Virus record (IMG/VR): IMGVR_UViG_3300037400_002947
Location: 32,001 to 96,000 of that record
Direction: 5' to 3' (one strand)
Source of the DNA: a virus
Taxonomy: Duplodnaviria; Caudoviricetes
Length of the DNA stretch: 64,000 nt
Shown here: piece by piece, positions 20,139 to 31,221 of the stretch
Numbering within the stretch: position 1 is the stretch's first letter
Layout: each line of letters starts with the position of its first letter
Position numbers and translations under genes: made by a program
The notes under the pieces: generated by a model
Told to the model about the DNA's origin: nothing
Databases searched by the model: none
The model's input: only the letters and a program-made list of their open reading frames with translations

Positions 20139-22744
20139 GATGCCACCTCCAATATTTTTGCGGAGGAGTAATTACCGTTTACATCGCTTACGGACAGTTC
20201 AAATTGTTTCCCTTTAAGCTTATTGGATTTACCAAGCCTAATCGCAATAGTTGAAGCATTGACAGTGCTCATTGTAATGAGACGCTCAATCGTAATACGC
20301 TCATCTTCGGAATAGTCTCCAACGAGAGTAATTCTCCACTGTCGGTCAACCGAGTCGTCAGAAAACCAAGCCCAATAGTAATAAGTTTGACCTATAGAGA
20401 TTGTATTTGATTGATCGGTGTTCTTTTCAAGCTCACCGTCAGCATTAACAATCATATTGCGTATGAAACTACGATTGTCTTCAATTGAACCATCCGGATT
20501 GACCGCAGGCTGCGGCGTTGCAATGTCTCCGCTAGGAGTGTAGTAATCACATATTCGAAGTTCTACGTTGTCTCTGTCTGGATTAAAGTCGTCTGCCTTC
20601 ATCGAAACCTTGATAATTCCAGGCGGGAACATATCAAGAACTTTTGAAACCATATAGCAGTTTGGATTTAAGTCATTATTGGTCACCATCAGTCGGAGCT
20701 GAATGTCTATAGTGCGAGTATCGCTCAGTTCGTATTCAGAAATTTTATCTCCAAATAAATAATGCGTGTCCGGTATCCAGCATCCTGACAGGTTGTCAAG
20801 ACCTGTGGTGTAAAAATCGTTCCAGACGCCCTGTTGTGTTACTTATATGGTCGCAAATCATATAAGATTATTATGCGGCGCAGTTATAAAAGTGCTTTTT
20901 ATATAACGCATATTTTCTTTTAATAAACATATCAGAATCTTTATACATCCAATCTAACAGTTTTTTACATTGATTATTGCCACAAATCGAAATGATCTTG
21001 GTAACGCCATTGTGATTTGAAGCATCGTAAATATTACCACCAATAAAAATATTTTCCCTGATTATTCGAAGGGCTTCTTCACAAAAATCTTTCGTCGACG
21101 TAAACGTTATGAGGCTATTTGGCTTCCATCCCTTTTTATTTGAGTATTCTGAAAGACTTCCATCGCCATCAAAATATCCCCTAATAAAATGTCTGTGTAA
21201 TTCGTTAGGTAAAAATGAGGGATACGAAAGTACGAGACTTTTGTTCCTAACAACGCCTAAATTAGACAACGTATTACACATATGTTTACTATAAAGATCT
21301 AAAGAATACATATTTTTTGAAACATATCCATTGCCATATAACCTTCTAGAACAATCTACGAACGTCAACGGCTTGTTACTGTTAAGCTCTTCGTTGATCT
21401 CCAATAAAATATCGACATCACAATCTTGTAATTGCAATCTTACGGTTGACTTGTCGGGGCAATTATAGCCATCAGCATAAAGTAACCCTAAAATATATGC
21501 TTTTCTAGGAGTATCAATTACGTCAAAATAGTTCTCATTGAGCGTATATTTTCTTACAGACTTATGAGACCTCTTAATGTCATATTCATTTAATACATTT
21601 TCGATGCATTTCCTATTAATACGGTATCGGTCTGCAAGTTTAGGACACGACAATCCGGCGACGTATAGTTCACAAATATCCAACTTTTCATCTTCTGTAA
21701 GAATCCTCGTCGGAATTATTCCGTCAACATTTTTATAAACATCGCTCCATGCTATTCCGGTTATTTCAGATATTTCTTTTATTGAAAGACCACTGTTAAA
21801 AAGATTAATATATTCTGATTTGTCTAATAACTGCATAACAATTCTCCCTAAAAAATTGTATTTTAAAAAGACCATAATCTCCTCGTTAGGGCTTAGAGAA
21901 ATGGGAGCTACCCACTGTCTGGTCTTTTGATTACCACAATATAATTTTCTTACGCTTTCACGTAAGCACTGACTATATCATTCACCGTAGCAATTTCTTG
22001 CCGTAGGAGTCCTGCACTTCGGGACGCTTGTCCCTAACGGTATTTCAACCGATAGTCGATGAGGCCAGCCCTATTCGGACTTTGCCTGCTGATTGCCCAA
22101 TCCTTACATTTTTAACTCTCCATCTTGGCTTATTTCATCCATATGTTTTAGCTGTAAGGCTCTAAGGGTGTCCCAGCATATACGCAGGAATACACTGCAA
22201 TGTTTCCAAATGCAGCGAGCCGTGCAATATACTTTCGCATATCACAACTTGTGTACGAATTCGCATTTCTCGCAATACACCAACAATTTAAAATCCTCTT
22301 TTGGTCGCCATATCCGACGACCCACTTCAGATTCCAGTTACATCTTAATACCAGATATCTGACGAACTGCTTTGCATCGTTTCGTCCAACAATGAGCCAG
22401 AGATTCTTGGTATCACCTTCAAATGGGTGCTCCTCATTAATGTCCAAATCAAAGTCGGTATCATCTGGAATGAACACATAAGTGCCAATCGGATAATGTT
22501 CCTTTGGTCTGAACTGAAGATAAGAATCAACCTCGTCCTTAACAATAGAAGCAGCAGAGTGCTTTGAATAATGAGCGTCGGTATATTTCCATCCCTTTTG
22601 CGGATCAAGAATATACACGCGCTTATATCCAACATCGCCAAGAAACGTCGCATTCATAAGTTTGTCAGACTGGTTTTTTCGAACTTCGGATAAGTTTCTT
22701 CCTTTGGATTTGAGATAGGAGGAGTATGTGCCAAAATCAATCAT
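20135..22744 (-). CDS. Putative head-closure/neck protein, 397 aa, split by an intron: join(22744..22247, 20830..20135)
   Basis: Splicing joins RNANSYTS to GVWNDFYTT; frame open from 20830 into ORF 20135..20689. Confidence 0.8.
20831..22246 (-). mobile_element. Group I intron (1416 nt) with a LAGLIDADG gene in the P9 region
   Basis: P1 AGU|UGUG..GAAA..CACGGCU with U.G; Q AAUCAGCAGG (22085-22094); R CAUCGACUAU (22052-22061); S AUGAUAUAGUCA (21970-21981); terminal G at 20831. Confidence 0.92.
20871..21836 (-). CDS. LAGLIDADG homing endonuclease with N-terminal HTH repeats
   Basis: YILGLLYADGY and FIRGYFDGDGS motifs; ATG at 21836 after GGGAGA. Confidence 0.9.
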   Translation of the reverse strand: MQLLDKSEYINLFNSGLSIKEISEITGIAWSDVYKNVDGIIPTRILTEDEKLDICELYVAGLSCPKLADRYRINRKCIENVLNEYDIKRSHKSVRKYTLNENYFDVIDTPRKAYILGLLYADGYNCPDKSTVRLQLQDCDVDILLEINEELNSNKPLTFVDCSRRLYGNGYVSKNMYSLDLYSKHMCNTLSNLGVVRNKSLVLSYPSFLPNELHRHFIRGYFDGDGSLSEYSNKKGWKPNSLITFTSTKDFCEEALRIIRENIFIGGNIYDASNHNGVTKIISICGNNQCKKLLDWMYKDSDMFIKRKYALYKKHFYNCAA

Positions 22745-22747
22745 CGG

Positions 22748-23083
22748 TCACACCTCCGCTTCTTTTATCTCATCCAAGACATTGTGCGCATCAAGGATAA
22801 ACTTGCGATAGACCTTATAACTATACTCCGGAGACTTCGTTTCGTTATAAGCTGCCTGTAATAAACTCATCATCTCGATGAGCTTAGGCGGATTAAGCAG
22901 AATGTCGTTTAATCCATTCAGCTCTTTCATTAGACAAACGAAGTATTTATCGAAGTCAACGTTCTGATAATCTCCGGAAGTTTTAGGGTCTTTATAAATA
23001 AGAAGCCAAAAAATCTTATTGTGCAACTTATCTTTATATTCGGAGAATTGTAAATCTCCGTACTTACCGTAAAGCGTTTTCAT
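22748..23083 (-). CDS. Hypothetical neck-region protein
   Basis: Coupled ORF in the structural operon. Confidence 0.6.
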   Translation of the reverse strand: MKTLYGKYGDLQFSEYKDKLHNKIFWLLIYKDPKTSGDYQNVDFDKYFVCLMKELNGLNDILLNPPKLIEMMSLLQAAYNETKSPEYSYKVYRKFILDAHNVLDEIKEAEV

Positions 23084-23574
23084 GTGCGCCCCAGTATTTT
23101 TGCGGACGCAGCCTTACCGTCAAGGTAGATATTGTTAAGGTATCCTCGGTCTGATGGTAAGCTTCTCATCTTTTTTTCTGAGTCATCGCGTAAACCGCGA
23201 AGTTGAGCAAGATGGGCCGCTTGCGAATACCATTTTGTATCCGTCTCGCCAAAATGATTTACAATATTTGTAATACTATTTATCTTTGGCTCAGTCCAGT
23301 TGTACACAATACCCCATGCAAGCAAGTCAATAACAAATTCCTTGTCGCTTACCTCATCAATGGAGTATCTCATCTCGAAAGAAACAACTTCTTCTTCCTC
23401 GTCAATACTGACTTCAGAGAATACCTTGCGGACATGCGGATAGAACAGAGTTGCGCGGAGCCAGTTGCACATGAACTCCGCTACAAAATCTGAACTTTCA
23501 ATATCTAACAAATCGTATGCCTCGACCTTTGTATAAAAACGAGAATAAATCTCATCAAAACTTATTGAGGTCAT
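23080..23574 (-). CDS. Putative head-tail adaptor
   Basis: TSISFDEIYSRF start and K.YSQAAHL motif; position after capsid. Confidence 0.6.
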   Translation of the reverse strand: MTSISFDEIYSRFYTKVEAYDLLDIESSDFVAEFMCNWLRATLFYPHVRKVFSEVSIDEEEEVVSFEMRYSIDEVSDKEFVIDLLAWGIVYNWTEPKINSITNIVNHFGETDTKWYSQAAHLAQLRGLRDDSEKKMRSLPSDRGYLNNIYLDGKAASAKILGRT

Positions 23575-23588
23575 TTGGCATCCTCCAA

Positions 23589-24113
23589 TTACTGCGTCAT
23601 CTTTAAAAGCATTTGTGTGCCGAAGATTTCGTCGAGAGCCTTAATACGCTGAATCGAATCAAGAACACCGTCTTCGATTTCGCGGCAAGCGATGTCCCTA
23701 ATGGCTTCTTTTGCGCCAAGCGGGAGAGACTCGATAGCTTCCTTCATCTTCGATGCCGGATATGTCAATATAGCGCGAAGATCGGCAGGAGAGTAGAGGT
23801 CTCCATAAATCTTCTCAAGTTCTTTGTGTTCAGCAAGGAAATCCTTGTCCTGAATTACAAAGCGAGGCTTATAGACACAGGGCTTTCTGGAACGAATGAA
23901 ACTTTTAAGGTCGCGATATTCAACCTCTGTTTCATCGCCAAAGTCTATCCAACGATAGAGATTTTCGCTCTTGTCACCGACCACCAGAAGCTTGCCGTAC
24001 GTGATAGACACACAAGGTATCATGTCGGTATCTTTAAATACTTTCTTTGTAGGCTTCTTTTCTGCAACTACTTCTTCAACTTCAGTTGCTTTTTTTGTTG
24101 TATTAGTAGGCAT
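23589..24113 (-). CDS. Conserved protein downstream of capsid
   Basis: ORF with AGGAG RBS. Confidence 0.65.
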   Translation of the reverse strand: MPTNTTKKATEVEEVVAEKKPTKKVFKDTDMIPCVSITYGKLLVVGDKSENLYRWIDFGDETEVEYRDLKSFIRSRKPCVYKPRFVIQDKDFLAEHKELEKIYGDLYSPADLRAILTYPASKMKEAIESLPLGAKEAIRDIACREIEDGVLDSIQRIKALDEIFGTQMLLKMTQ

Positions 24114-24145
24114 TTTGCAATTCTCCTTTTATTCCAAAGATTAGA

Positions 24146-25261
24146 TTATTCCAGCGTCCATTCGCCGAAGTACTGTCCAAGAACAGTCGCAACGCCGTAA
24201 GCCATCTGAACTTCGTGAGTCTGGAAGTCATCCTTGAGATCGTGCTTCTCAGTAATGTCATAGATAGCCGTCTCGCCTTCATGAACGAGTTTGACAAATT
24301 TATCATCGGTCATCGGAACAATGAGAAGTTTGTCGTTCGGGATAAGCTTGTCAAAAGAACCGTCGAGTTTCAGGCGCTGCGGGACTTCAATAAGGCGCGT
24401 GCCTTCATACATGCCGAGGCGTCCAGTCTCTGATACGGATTCTTTCTGATCAGGAGTAGCCCAATCAACATCGGCCAGACCAGTAATCTTCTTCAGAGCG
24501 GTCTTCGTACCCATAACTGCGACATCGCTGTCGTTGACAATGCTGACTTCTTCAATAAGTGCATCGAAATCTTCCTTGGTGGAAGCACTAAGGGCACCAG
24601 TATCCTTGAAGTTAGACGGAAGGTCATCAGCAGCATCATAAACAGCTGCAAACACTTCTTCCTTGATGTCGCGAACGAATGCTTCGGAAACCTTTGCTAC
24701 CCAATCAGAATAATTGATACGACCAAGAACGATAAGATCAATATCTTTACCAATCTTGATGGCATGATTCTTCATCTGAACCGGGAATGTTTCACCTTCG
24801 CCAAGCTGCTGCATCGTGACATCGTGATGGTCGCCAGACACATCGCCAACGATGAAATACTGTCTTGCCGCTGAATAAAACTCGATGGAGTCGCCAAGAG
24901 CAATGTTACGCTCTTCAACAAACTGATCGAACCATTCAGAATTCTGGAATCCTTCATTAATGCGGAAGATGATGTCTTCTTCAATCAGTTCGTAAAGCTC
25001 GGCGCCGTGCAGTTTCTGCGCACGTTCGCGTTTCTTCTTGGAACGAAGGTCGTCTTCAGAAAGACCAAGAACTTCCATAAAGATTTTGCGGATTGCTTCG
25101 TTTGCCTGACGCTTCGTAACCTGACGCTCATTACCGTTGTCGTCAAGTTCATAGATAGCGTTGCCGCGAACAAGGTTAGAGGCTACGCTTCTGAAATTAT
25201 CGTATTTATTTTCCTCTGCAAAGATATTGCGGAGATATTCAGTTGAGAAAACTTTAAGCAT
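24146..25261 (-). CDS. Major capsid protein
   Basis: 371 aa, strong RBS, position after protease/decoration genes, HK97-like C-terminal pattern (G.YEGT.L.E.PQ). Confidence 0.8.
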   Translation of the reverse strand: MLKVFSTEYLRNIFAEENKYDNFRSVASNLVRGNAIYELDDNGNERQVTKRQANEAIRKIFMEVLGLSEDDLRSKKKRERAQKLHGAELYELIEEDIIFRINEGFQNSEWFDQFVEERNIALGDSIEFYSAARQYFIVGDVSGDHHDVTMQQLGEGETFPVQMKNHAIKIGKDIDLIVLGRINYSDWVAKVSEAFVRDIKEEVFAAVYDAADDLPSNFKDTGALSASTKEDFDALIEEVSIVNDSDVAVMGTKTALKKITGLADVDWATPDQKESVSETGRLGMYEGTRLIEVPQRLKLDGSFDKLIPNDKLLIVPMTDDKFVKLVHEGETAIYDITEKHDLKDDFQTHEVQMAYGVATVLGQYFGEWTLE

Positions 25262-25287
25262 GATTTTTATCCTCCTTCCTTATAAAA

Positions 25288-25773
25288 TTACGAACCAATG
25301 GTCATCTTCTTAGAAGAGACGCCAGTGATAGCTTTTCCAGCAGCCGGATTACCGTTGAAGTTGCTTGCGGAAACTTCGATTCTGTCGAATTTGGACAGGA
25401 CATAGCAACGAACGATGTCGCCTGCTTTGTTGTAGAAAGCTTTTTCCTGAAGCAGTTCGCGCGGAGATTCATACGGTGTAAGCGGTTTCTGATAAACAAG
25501 AAGAGCATCGCCCGGGTTCGTTACGAGAACGAGCCAGTTGCCATTCGGCATCTGTTGTTCAATAACGCCAGTAAAAGTAGTAACAGCAGCTTCATCAAAA
25601 ACATCGAAGTCCGCCCATTTCTTTGAAACGTCAGCTGCAACAAGCATGCCGTTATCCGTGTTTGATGCAAGTTTAACGTTCAGAATGTGGTTGCCATATT
25701 CCTGCGCCAGAGTATTAGACGGGAAACCAGTACCATGTTCGCTAATGGCCCAGTTAATAGACATATAAGCCAT
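25288..25773 (-). CDS. Capsid decoration/stabilising protein
   Basis: DNGMLV motif; between scaffold and capsid; AGGAGG RBS. Confidence 0.6.
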   Translation of the reverse strand: MAYMSINWAISEHGTGFPSNTLAQEYGNHILNVKLASNTDNGMLVAADVSKKWADFDVFDEAAVTTFTGVIEQQMPNGNWLVLVTNPGDALLVYQKPLTPYESPRELLQEKAFYNKAGDIVRCYVLSKFDRIEVSASNFNGNPAAGKAITGVSSKKMTIGS

Positions 25774-25834
25774 AATTGTTATTCCTCCTATATATTTTTG
25801 TGCAATAAAAAAGAGCCTATGCACAGGCCCGTAA

Positions 25835-27418
25835 TTATTTTACGATTCCATCAAATAAAGAACCGTACCGTTTAGTTTTCTTTGCATTCGGCGCAAGCGG
25901 TTTAACACTAGCACCTTTCTTGCCTTGTTCCGACAGAGAGAACTTATGCGCCTTTGCGGCGTTTGTAAGAATCTCGTCCGCTCGTTTCGTCACTTCTTCA
26001 ACAGAAAGATTAAAATGATTCTTTTGCTCCATAAGACTTTGGAATTCTTCACTGTCAGCAACTAAAGAATAGTCGTCAGAATTCAGAATTTCCATCTTTT
26101 GCGGCTCTGCCTCATATTTTGCAAGCTTGTCCGCATTGTCATCATATGTTGACTTCATTCTATCAAGCTTGGCAATTTCATCAGAAGTAAGCCATCGAGC
26201 AAAAACTTCAACACGGTCTCCAGTGAGTGTGTACGCATCGTTCTTAACCTTGAAAGACTGTTTGTAACCTTTGTTGTTGTACCAGTCAATCATGATTACG
26301 TATCTGTCCTCATCATACACGGTAACTTCGTACCAAGTCCCATCATCTGCATATGTATCGTTGACCAGTTGATAAAGGGCGTTAATCTTGTCCTGAAGGG
26401 ACACGCTCATATTTACCGTTCTATCGTTGAATGTAACAGAATAATTTACGGCAAACTGTTCACCTTCGTCTTCGGAATCTTCTTCGTCATCGTCGTTAGA
26501 GTCAAAATCTTCTTCGTCTTCCGGTTTCGCTTGACCTTCTTCATCCGGATCGTCGCCTTCGTCCGGATCACCTTCGGAAGACCCGAACACCTCTTCGAAC
26601 TTCGCCTCCAGCTCTTCGTCGGAAAGTCCTTCGTAATCGAAGTCAACTTCCTCGGCCGTCTTGCCATACTTTTCAAGAAGTTCTGCAAACTTGTCCATTG
26701 CGGTATTTCCTCCTTCCTTAGATTTTTGGTCGCCCATAAGAGCAGTATAGTTATTGAGCGCCTCTGTCAGTTCGCTCATTACTATCATTAACTGAGACTG
26801 AATATTGTCACCCTCTGTAGAAAACATTTGAGCATTCGCGCCTTGCATACCTGGGCGTATATCGTCACCAAGCAAGGTTACTCCAGACATACGCATCTTC
26901 CCGACTTCTATCACCTGAGTTTGTGCATTGACAGACAATTCGTCACAATAAATCTCAGCTGACACGTCTGTAATTCCGCCCTTTGCCTCAAGGATGTCAG
27001 CCGCGTAGCCGCCGTATTCACGATAGAGATAACCGTCGACGTATACATAGTCGACGCCTCTTTCGTCGTCACGTACGATTTCAAAATTGTTTGTCTCAGG
27101 AATAATTCCGACGACGCGTTCTTCATAAATCATCTTCTGTTCACCGGGATGCATCAGGTCTTCCTCAAGATGCATGTCGTGCGAGTGATAGTCTAAAATT
27201 ATATTTCCGTCTTCGTCTTCATAGGAAACAACGGTCGCCAAAATCGGAATGTTTGCAAATGTGTTCTTTGCGTCACGAATGACTTTGGTTGAGAATGATG
27301 ACTTGTTGCGGTTTTCTCCAGAATGCATAACTGCAATTCTGACTTTCATATAACGCTCATCGTCAAAAGCATTATCAACCTTGAACAGAGAGGGAGTATG
27401 GATTATGAGTTTTTCCAT
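25835..27418 (-). CDS. Prohead protease plus scaffold
   Basis: H.G.NRN.S, SAEI and G..LLG....PGM motifs, then an acidic scaffold region; terminator hairpin at ~25806-25830. Confidence 0.75.
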   Translation of the reverse strand: MEKLIIHTPSLFKVDNAFDDERYMKVRIAVMHSGENRNKSSFSTKVIRDAKNTFANIPILATVVSYEDEDGNIILDYHSHDMHLEEDLMHPGEQKMIYEERVVGIIPETNNFEIVRDDERGVDYVYVDGYLYREYGGYAADILEAKGGITDVSAEIYCDELSVNAQTQVIEVGKMRMSGVTLLGDDIRPGMQGANAQMFSTEGDNIQSQLMIVMSELTEALNNYTALMGDQKSKEGGNTAMDKFAELLEKYGKTAEEVDFDYEGLSDEELEAKFEEVFGSSEGDPDEGDDPDEEGQAKPEDEEDFDSNDDDEEDSEDEGEQFAVNYSVTFNDRTVNMSVSLQDKINALYQLVNDTYADDGTWYEVTVYDEDRYVIMIDWYNNKGYKQSFKVKNDAYTLTGDRVEVFARWLTSDEIAKLDRMKSTYDDNADKLAKYEAEPQKMEILNSDDYSLVADSEEFQSLMEQKNHFNLSVEEVTKRADEILTNAAKAHKFSLSEQGKKGASVKPLAPNAKKTKRYGSLFDGIVK

Positions 27419-27430
27419 ATATTTCCTCCA

Positions 27431-27607
27431 TCAGATTTCTATTTTATTTGTATACACTAATCCTTTTGTTTGCTCGAAGCCCTGTGGCTTGTTGACATCG
27501 TTAATAAATGTAGTAACGCCATTTTCTTCGGAGTAAACAATAAAGCCAAGCTTTTTCAGCTTGGCCGCAGACTCCGGATCGGAGCATCGTATAAACGTTT
27601 TATTCAT
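27431..27607 (-). CDS. Small protein (58 aa, MNKTFIRCSDPESAAKLKKLGF...), not in ORF track
   Basis: AGGTGA RBS, ATG 27607, TGA 27431; fills the portal-protease gap. Confidence 0.65.
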   Translation of the reverse strand: MNKTFIRCSDPESAAKLKKLGFIVYSEENGVTTFINDVNKPQGFEQTKGLVYTNKIEI

Positions 27608-27618
27608 TTTTGCTCACC

Positions 27619-29172
27619 TTAATTCATGTTATCAATCTTGTCTCTTGAAGCCTCGCCGTCATCAGTAAGGCTCGAATCGTCAGACTTCGGTCTGCCAGAG
27701 GTATTATTGGAAGACGTATAACTCGAACGAAGTGGGGTAACAAACTTGTCGCCAAGCTTGAGAATCCCGTCCTCAAGATGATTTAGGCTAAGAGAATCTA
27801 ATTCAGTCAGACCACTAAGAGCCAACACAGCAAGCTTAGTAGGAAGAGAGTACTGCGCATTTTCAAGCAGTTCCTTTCTTACATCTTCTCGGTTAAGTCG
27901 TCCAACATGGTAGAAATGAATCTTACTCGGATTTGATACTTCAAATCCAACAACACGATTGAACCACCCCTCGATTTGTGGCAGAAGGTTCGAGATTGCA
28001 AATTCAGTATCAGCAAGAATCGCCGCTTTGAACGCCGTCGTTCCAGATACTTCAGCCGAATTCAAAATCTGCGCACCGCCAGAAGTGTTTAGAACAGACT
28101 TAGTTGCTTTCAACACTTTGTTGGTTTCGTTTGTTTTGTCCGAACTTGAAAAGTCAATTACTCCGAGATCTTCACTCCCAGGAACAATTGCAGCGGAAGC
28201 GTATGATGGAAGTGCTTCTTCGACCATGCGGTTAAAATACTCAACTGCAACATCCGGCGAAACTTCGTAGTCGTCCGGCACCTTCGTTCCGGTAAGCGTC
28301 TTAAGCTTCATGTAAACAAGTTTGTAAATCTCAAGCTTGTCTGCAATTGCTTGGACATCTCCAATGTCATTAAGATTAATCAAATCACAGAGTAAGCCGC
28401 TGAACGGCGGCATAATAGTTGCCCAATCGTCGTTGCGATATTTAAAGCAGGCTGCATATTCATCGGGAACGCGTTGCCATCTTGCCTTGATAGTTTTTCC
28501 CTGGCGCTCATATTCACGCCACATTGACGTGAATGGTTCGCCCCATTCTTCAAGAAGATATGCGCGCTGACCAGTAAAGTAATCCATTGAAATACTAAAC
28601 GCAAAATCGCCAGTAGGATACTGACCATATATCCGACAGTACTCAGGCGGTAGTGCCAAGAAAAACAATCCGGTTTCATCGTAATAGGCTATATTGTAGC
28701 TTACGTCTTGAATAAAACACGTTTTAATAACTTTAAGAAATTCATTCTGAATATTCCATTTGTTAATCAGCTTAACAGTGTCATTATACGATTTAAGAAT
28801 CTTATCATCACTGTCCGGATTAACGAGGTCGTAAGTAGGAATCACAGAACGAGCTTCTAGACAAAACAGAGTAGAGAAGTAGTGGATTATTCTCTGGTAT
28901 ATCTGGTTGCGATAATAAATGTACCAACTTGCATTACGAATATTATTCTCGTTTACAGATGGGTTCTGTAAAAACGTTACAATCCTATCTTTTGTGATAG
29001 AATCAATCCTTTTATTAATTGATGAAGATTTTGTAATATCTCGTAAAGCAAGAAGAGGATTGTGAGAAGCGGCGTATTTACTTAGCTGCTCCTCATGTGT
29101 TTCAATCCATTGCTGCATTTCAGCAGCGGTCATTTTCTTAGGTGCAAGAGCACCAGTGCTTTCTTGTGCCAT
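27619..29172 (-). CDS. Portal protein
   Basis: ~517 aa directly after terminase; C-terminal SSYT..GRP motif. Confidence 0.8.
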   Translation of the reverse strand: MAQESTGALAPKKMTAAEMQQWIETHEEQLSKYAASHNPLLALRDITKSSSINKRIDSITKDRIVTFLQNPSVNENNIRNASWYIYYRNQIYQRIIHYFSTLFCLEARSVIPTYDLVNPDSDDKILKSYNDTVKLINKWNIQNEFLKVIKTCFIQDVSYNIAYYDETGLFFLALPPEYCRIYGQYPTGDFAFSISMDYFTGQRAYLLEEWGEPFTSMWREYERQGKTIKARWQRVPDEYAACFKYRNDDWATIMPPFSGLLCDLINLNDIGDVQAIADKLEIYKLVYMKLKTLTGTKVPDDYEVSPDVAVEYFNRMVEEALPSYASAAIVPGSEDLGVIDFSSSDKTNETNKVLKATKSVLNTSGGAQILNSAEVSGTTAFKAAILADTEFAISNLLPQIEGWFNRVVGFEVSNPSKIHFYHVGRLNREDVRKELLENAQYSLPTKLAVLALSGLTELDSLSLNHLEDGILKLGDKFVTPLRSSYTSSNNTSGRPKSDDSSLTDDGEASRDKIDNMN

Positions 29173-29184
29173 TCGCACCTCCCA

Positions 29185-31221
29185 TTATATAGTTTTTCCG
29201 CCGTATGAGCCGCGGCGAATAGTTAATTGTTGCACCAAAGACTTGGAGTTGGTCTTTGGCTTTTGATTGAGAAGAAGTTTGCGCCGCTCTTGTGCAAGGC
29301 CGTAACTGGCCATTGCCAATGTATAACTGCGGTCGTCGTGTAGAACATGCTCTTTTTCAGGAGTGAGTTCAAAGCTATCTCTACCAGAGTCGCGCTTCTT
29401 TCGAATCATGTTCACGACCTCTTCCTTCATGGCGTCTATATTTGCAAGAGCCAACTCTTCTTGCCAAGTGAGCCTAATAGTCCTTGTATTAACCGACTGG
29501 ACCTTCCCTAGCTCTTCTTTGAGCTGCTCTTCAAATTGTTCCTGATTCAGTTTCTTCTTTTTGAGTTCAGCAGAAATTCTTTCTCGCTCCTCATCAAGTA
29601 GCTTCTGATCTATATCAAAGACGGTAAGATATTGTTTGTTATCATATGTAGCCGTAAAACTAATCTTGTCCTGATTGAGCATTTCAATCATTGCTTCATA
29701 AATAATAGATTTATAACCAGATGGAGAGAGAAGTCTAACCTTATCTACTGCGTTTGGAAACCTCGAAACATATTCGGAAGAATACTCTTTATCTATGAGT
29801 CCTCTATGAACAATGCCGTCGGCAGTTTCCCAATCTTGCATCAGGTAGTCTGCAATATTGACGCCGCCTCCGCCAGAACCAGCATCAATATAGACTCCAA
29901 GAATATTGCCATAAGCATCCGCTCCACCATTGTAGTCAAGTATCATCTGCTTAAGGTATTTAATCTGGTCTGGCGTTTGCATAGGAGATTTCGTCTTCTT
30001 ACCAACGTCCATCAAATTGACACAGTTTACAATTCTGGCACGAAGATCTTCGCTGCCATCGACCTGTGTTACACTATACACCTCAAACACGGTGATTACG
30101 GAGTTATCCATGCTTCTAGCCGGATCGTATGCCAGTATAAACTTCTTATCACCAGTATCATTATATAAAAGAGGTTTTCGAGTTTCTTCGTTTCTTGTAA
30201 TAACACCGCGCTTAACAATGGCGTTGGTCCCGGCCTCAGTTGTGAATATACAATAATATTCTCTACGAGCCTTCTCAGGGTTGATTCTCATTTCTGATTC
30301 CACCTGAGACTTTTGTAGAAGAGGAGCAATCACTTCTCCGTGTAGAGTCGGATGAAACGCTTGTTCGCAGTCAATATGAAGCACGCAATAATCAGGATCT
30401 CCCTCGATTTGCTTTTTGGCGAAATCTCTATACAATTTAAAAAAGCGCATGTCCACAGAACTTGCGCTTCCTATATAAAACTTTTGGTTTGGAACATCAG
30501 TAGCGAAAGTGCGCTGTCTAATAGGATCAATTGATTTGCCAGAAGCATCTTTACCAGTACGCAGGTTTTTGTCGACGATGGCAAACGCACTGTAAACGTT
30601 CATCATCTCGTCTGAGAGATGCTGCGCCTCATCAAATATTACAGAGCCGCGCATTCCGCGCTTTTTGTCTATGTTGGAGTTCAATGTCCACGTAGCACTT
30701 CCATTATAGCAGGAATACGTAAAGCCATTTGAGCCATGACTGAAACCATCTCCGGCAGCGTTCTTTATCTCGACTTCGTCCTTGAATATTTTTCCGGTCG
30801 ACCCTTGAAACGTATCTATGTTATCATTGGCGAGTCTCTCAAGCGTCGTAAAGGTTTGCTCCGCCTGAGAGCCAGATCCGCTTGCAATATAACTCCAAAG
30901 ATTGCACCACAGCATGTCCTTGCTCATTGTCTCTAGACCTATGACTGTCGACTTGCCGTAACCACGAGCACAGCACACAAGAACATTAGGACAATTCCAG
31001 GAGCGCTGAACAATCAGAGCTTGTCCATCAAGCAACTCGATATTAAACATGATGTCAATAAAACGAATCGGATTGCACTGAAAATATCTCTGGAGATTCG
31101 CAATGCTGACTAGAGAATCAATTTTTTTACTAGACATAATATAGTCTACAGGCTTAATAAAGACTCCATAGTCATTATAGAATTCCTCATCATAAGGAAG
31201 AATTATCTGACTCATAGTCAT
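29185..31221 (-). CDS. terL: Terminase large subunit
   Basis: CARGYGKST Walker A, VIFDEA Walker B, LAYDPA and HDDRSY nuclease motifs. Confidence 0.9.
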   Translation of the reverse strand: MTMSQIILPYDEEFYNDYGVFIKPVDYIMSSKKIDSLVSIANLQRYFQCNPIRFIDIMFNIELLDGQALIVQRSWNCPNVLVCCARGYGKSTVIGLETMSKDMLWCNLWSYIASGSGSQAEQTFTTLERLANDNIDTFQGSTGKIFKDEVEIKNAAGDGFSHGSNGFTYSCYNGSATWTLNSNIDKKRGMRGSVIFDEAQHLSDEMMNVYSAFAIVDKNLRTGKDASGKSIDPIRQRTFATDVPNQKFYIGSASSVDMRFFKLYRDFAKKQIEGDPDYCVLHIDCEQAFHPTLHGEVIAPLLQKSQVESEMRINPEKARREYYCIFTTEAGTNAIVKRGVITRNEETRKPLLYNDTGDKKFILAYDPARSMDNSVITVFEVYSVTQVDGSEDLRARIVNCVNLMDVGKKTKSPMQTPDQIKYLKQMILDYNGGADAYGNILGVYIDAGSGGGGVNIADYLMQDWETADGIVHRGLIDKEYSSEYVSRFPNAVDKVRLLSPSGYKSIIYEAMIEMLNQDKISFTATYDNKQYLTVFDIDQKLLDEERERISAELKKKKLNQEQFEEQLKEELGKVQSVNTRTIRLTWQEELALANIDAMKEEVVNMIRKKRDSGRDSFELTPEKEHVLHDDRSYTLAMASYGLAQERRKLLLNQKPKTNSKSLVQQLTIRRGSYGGKTI

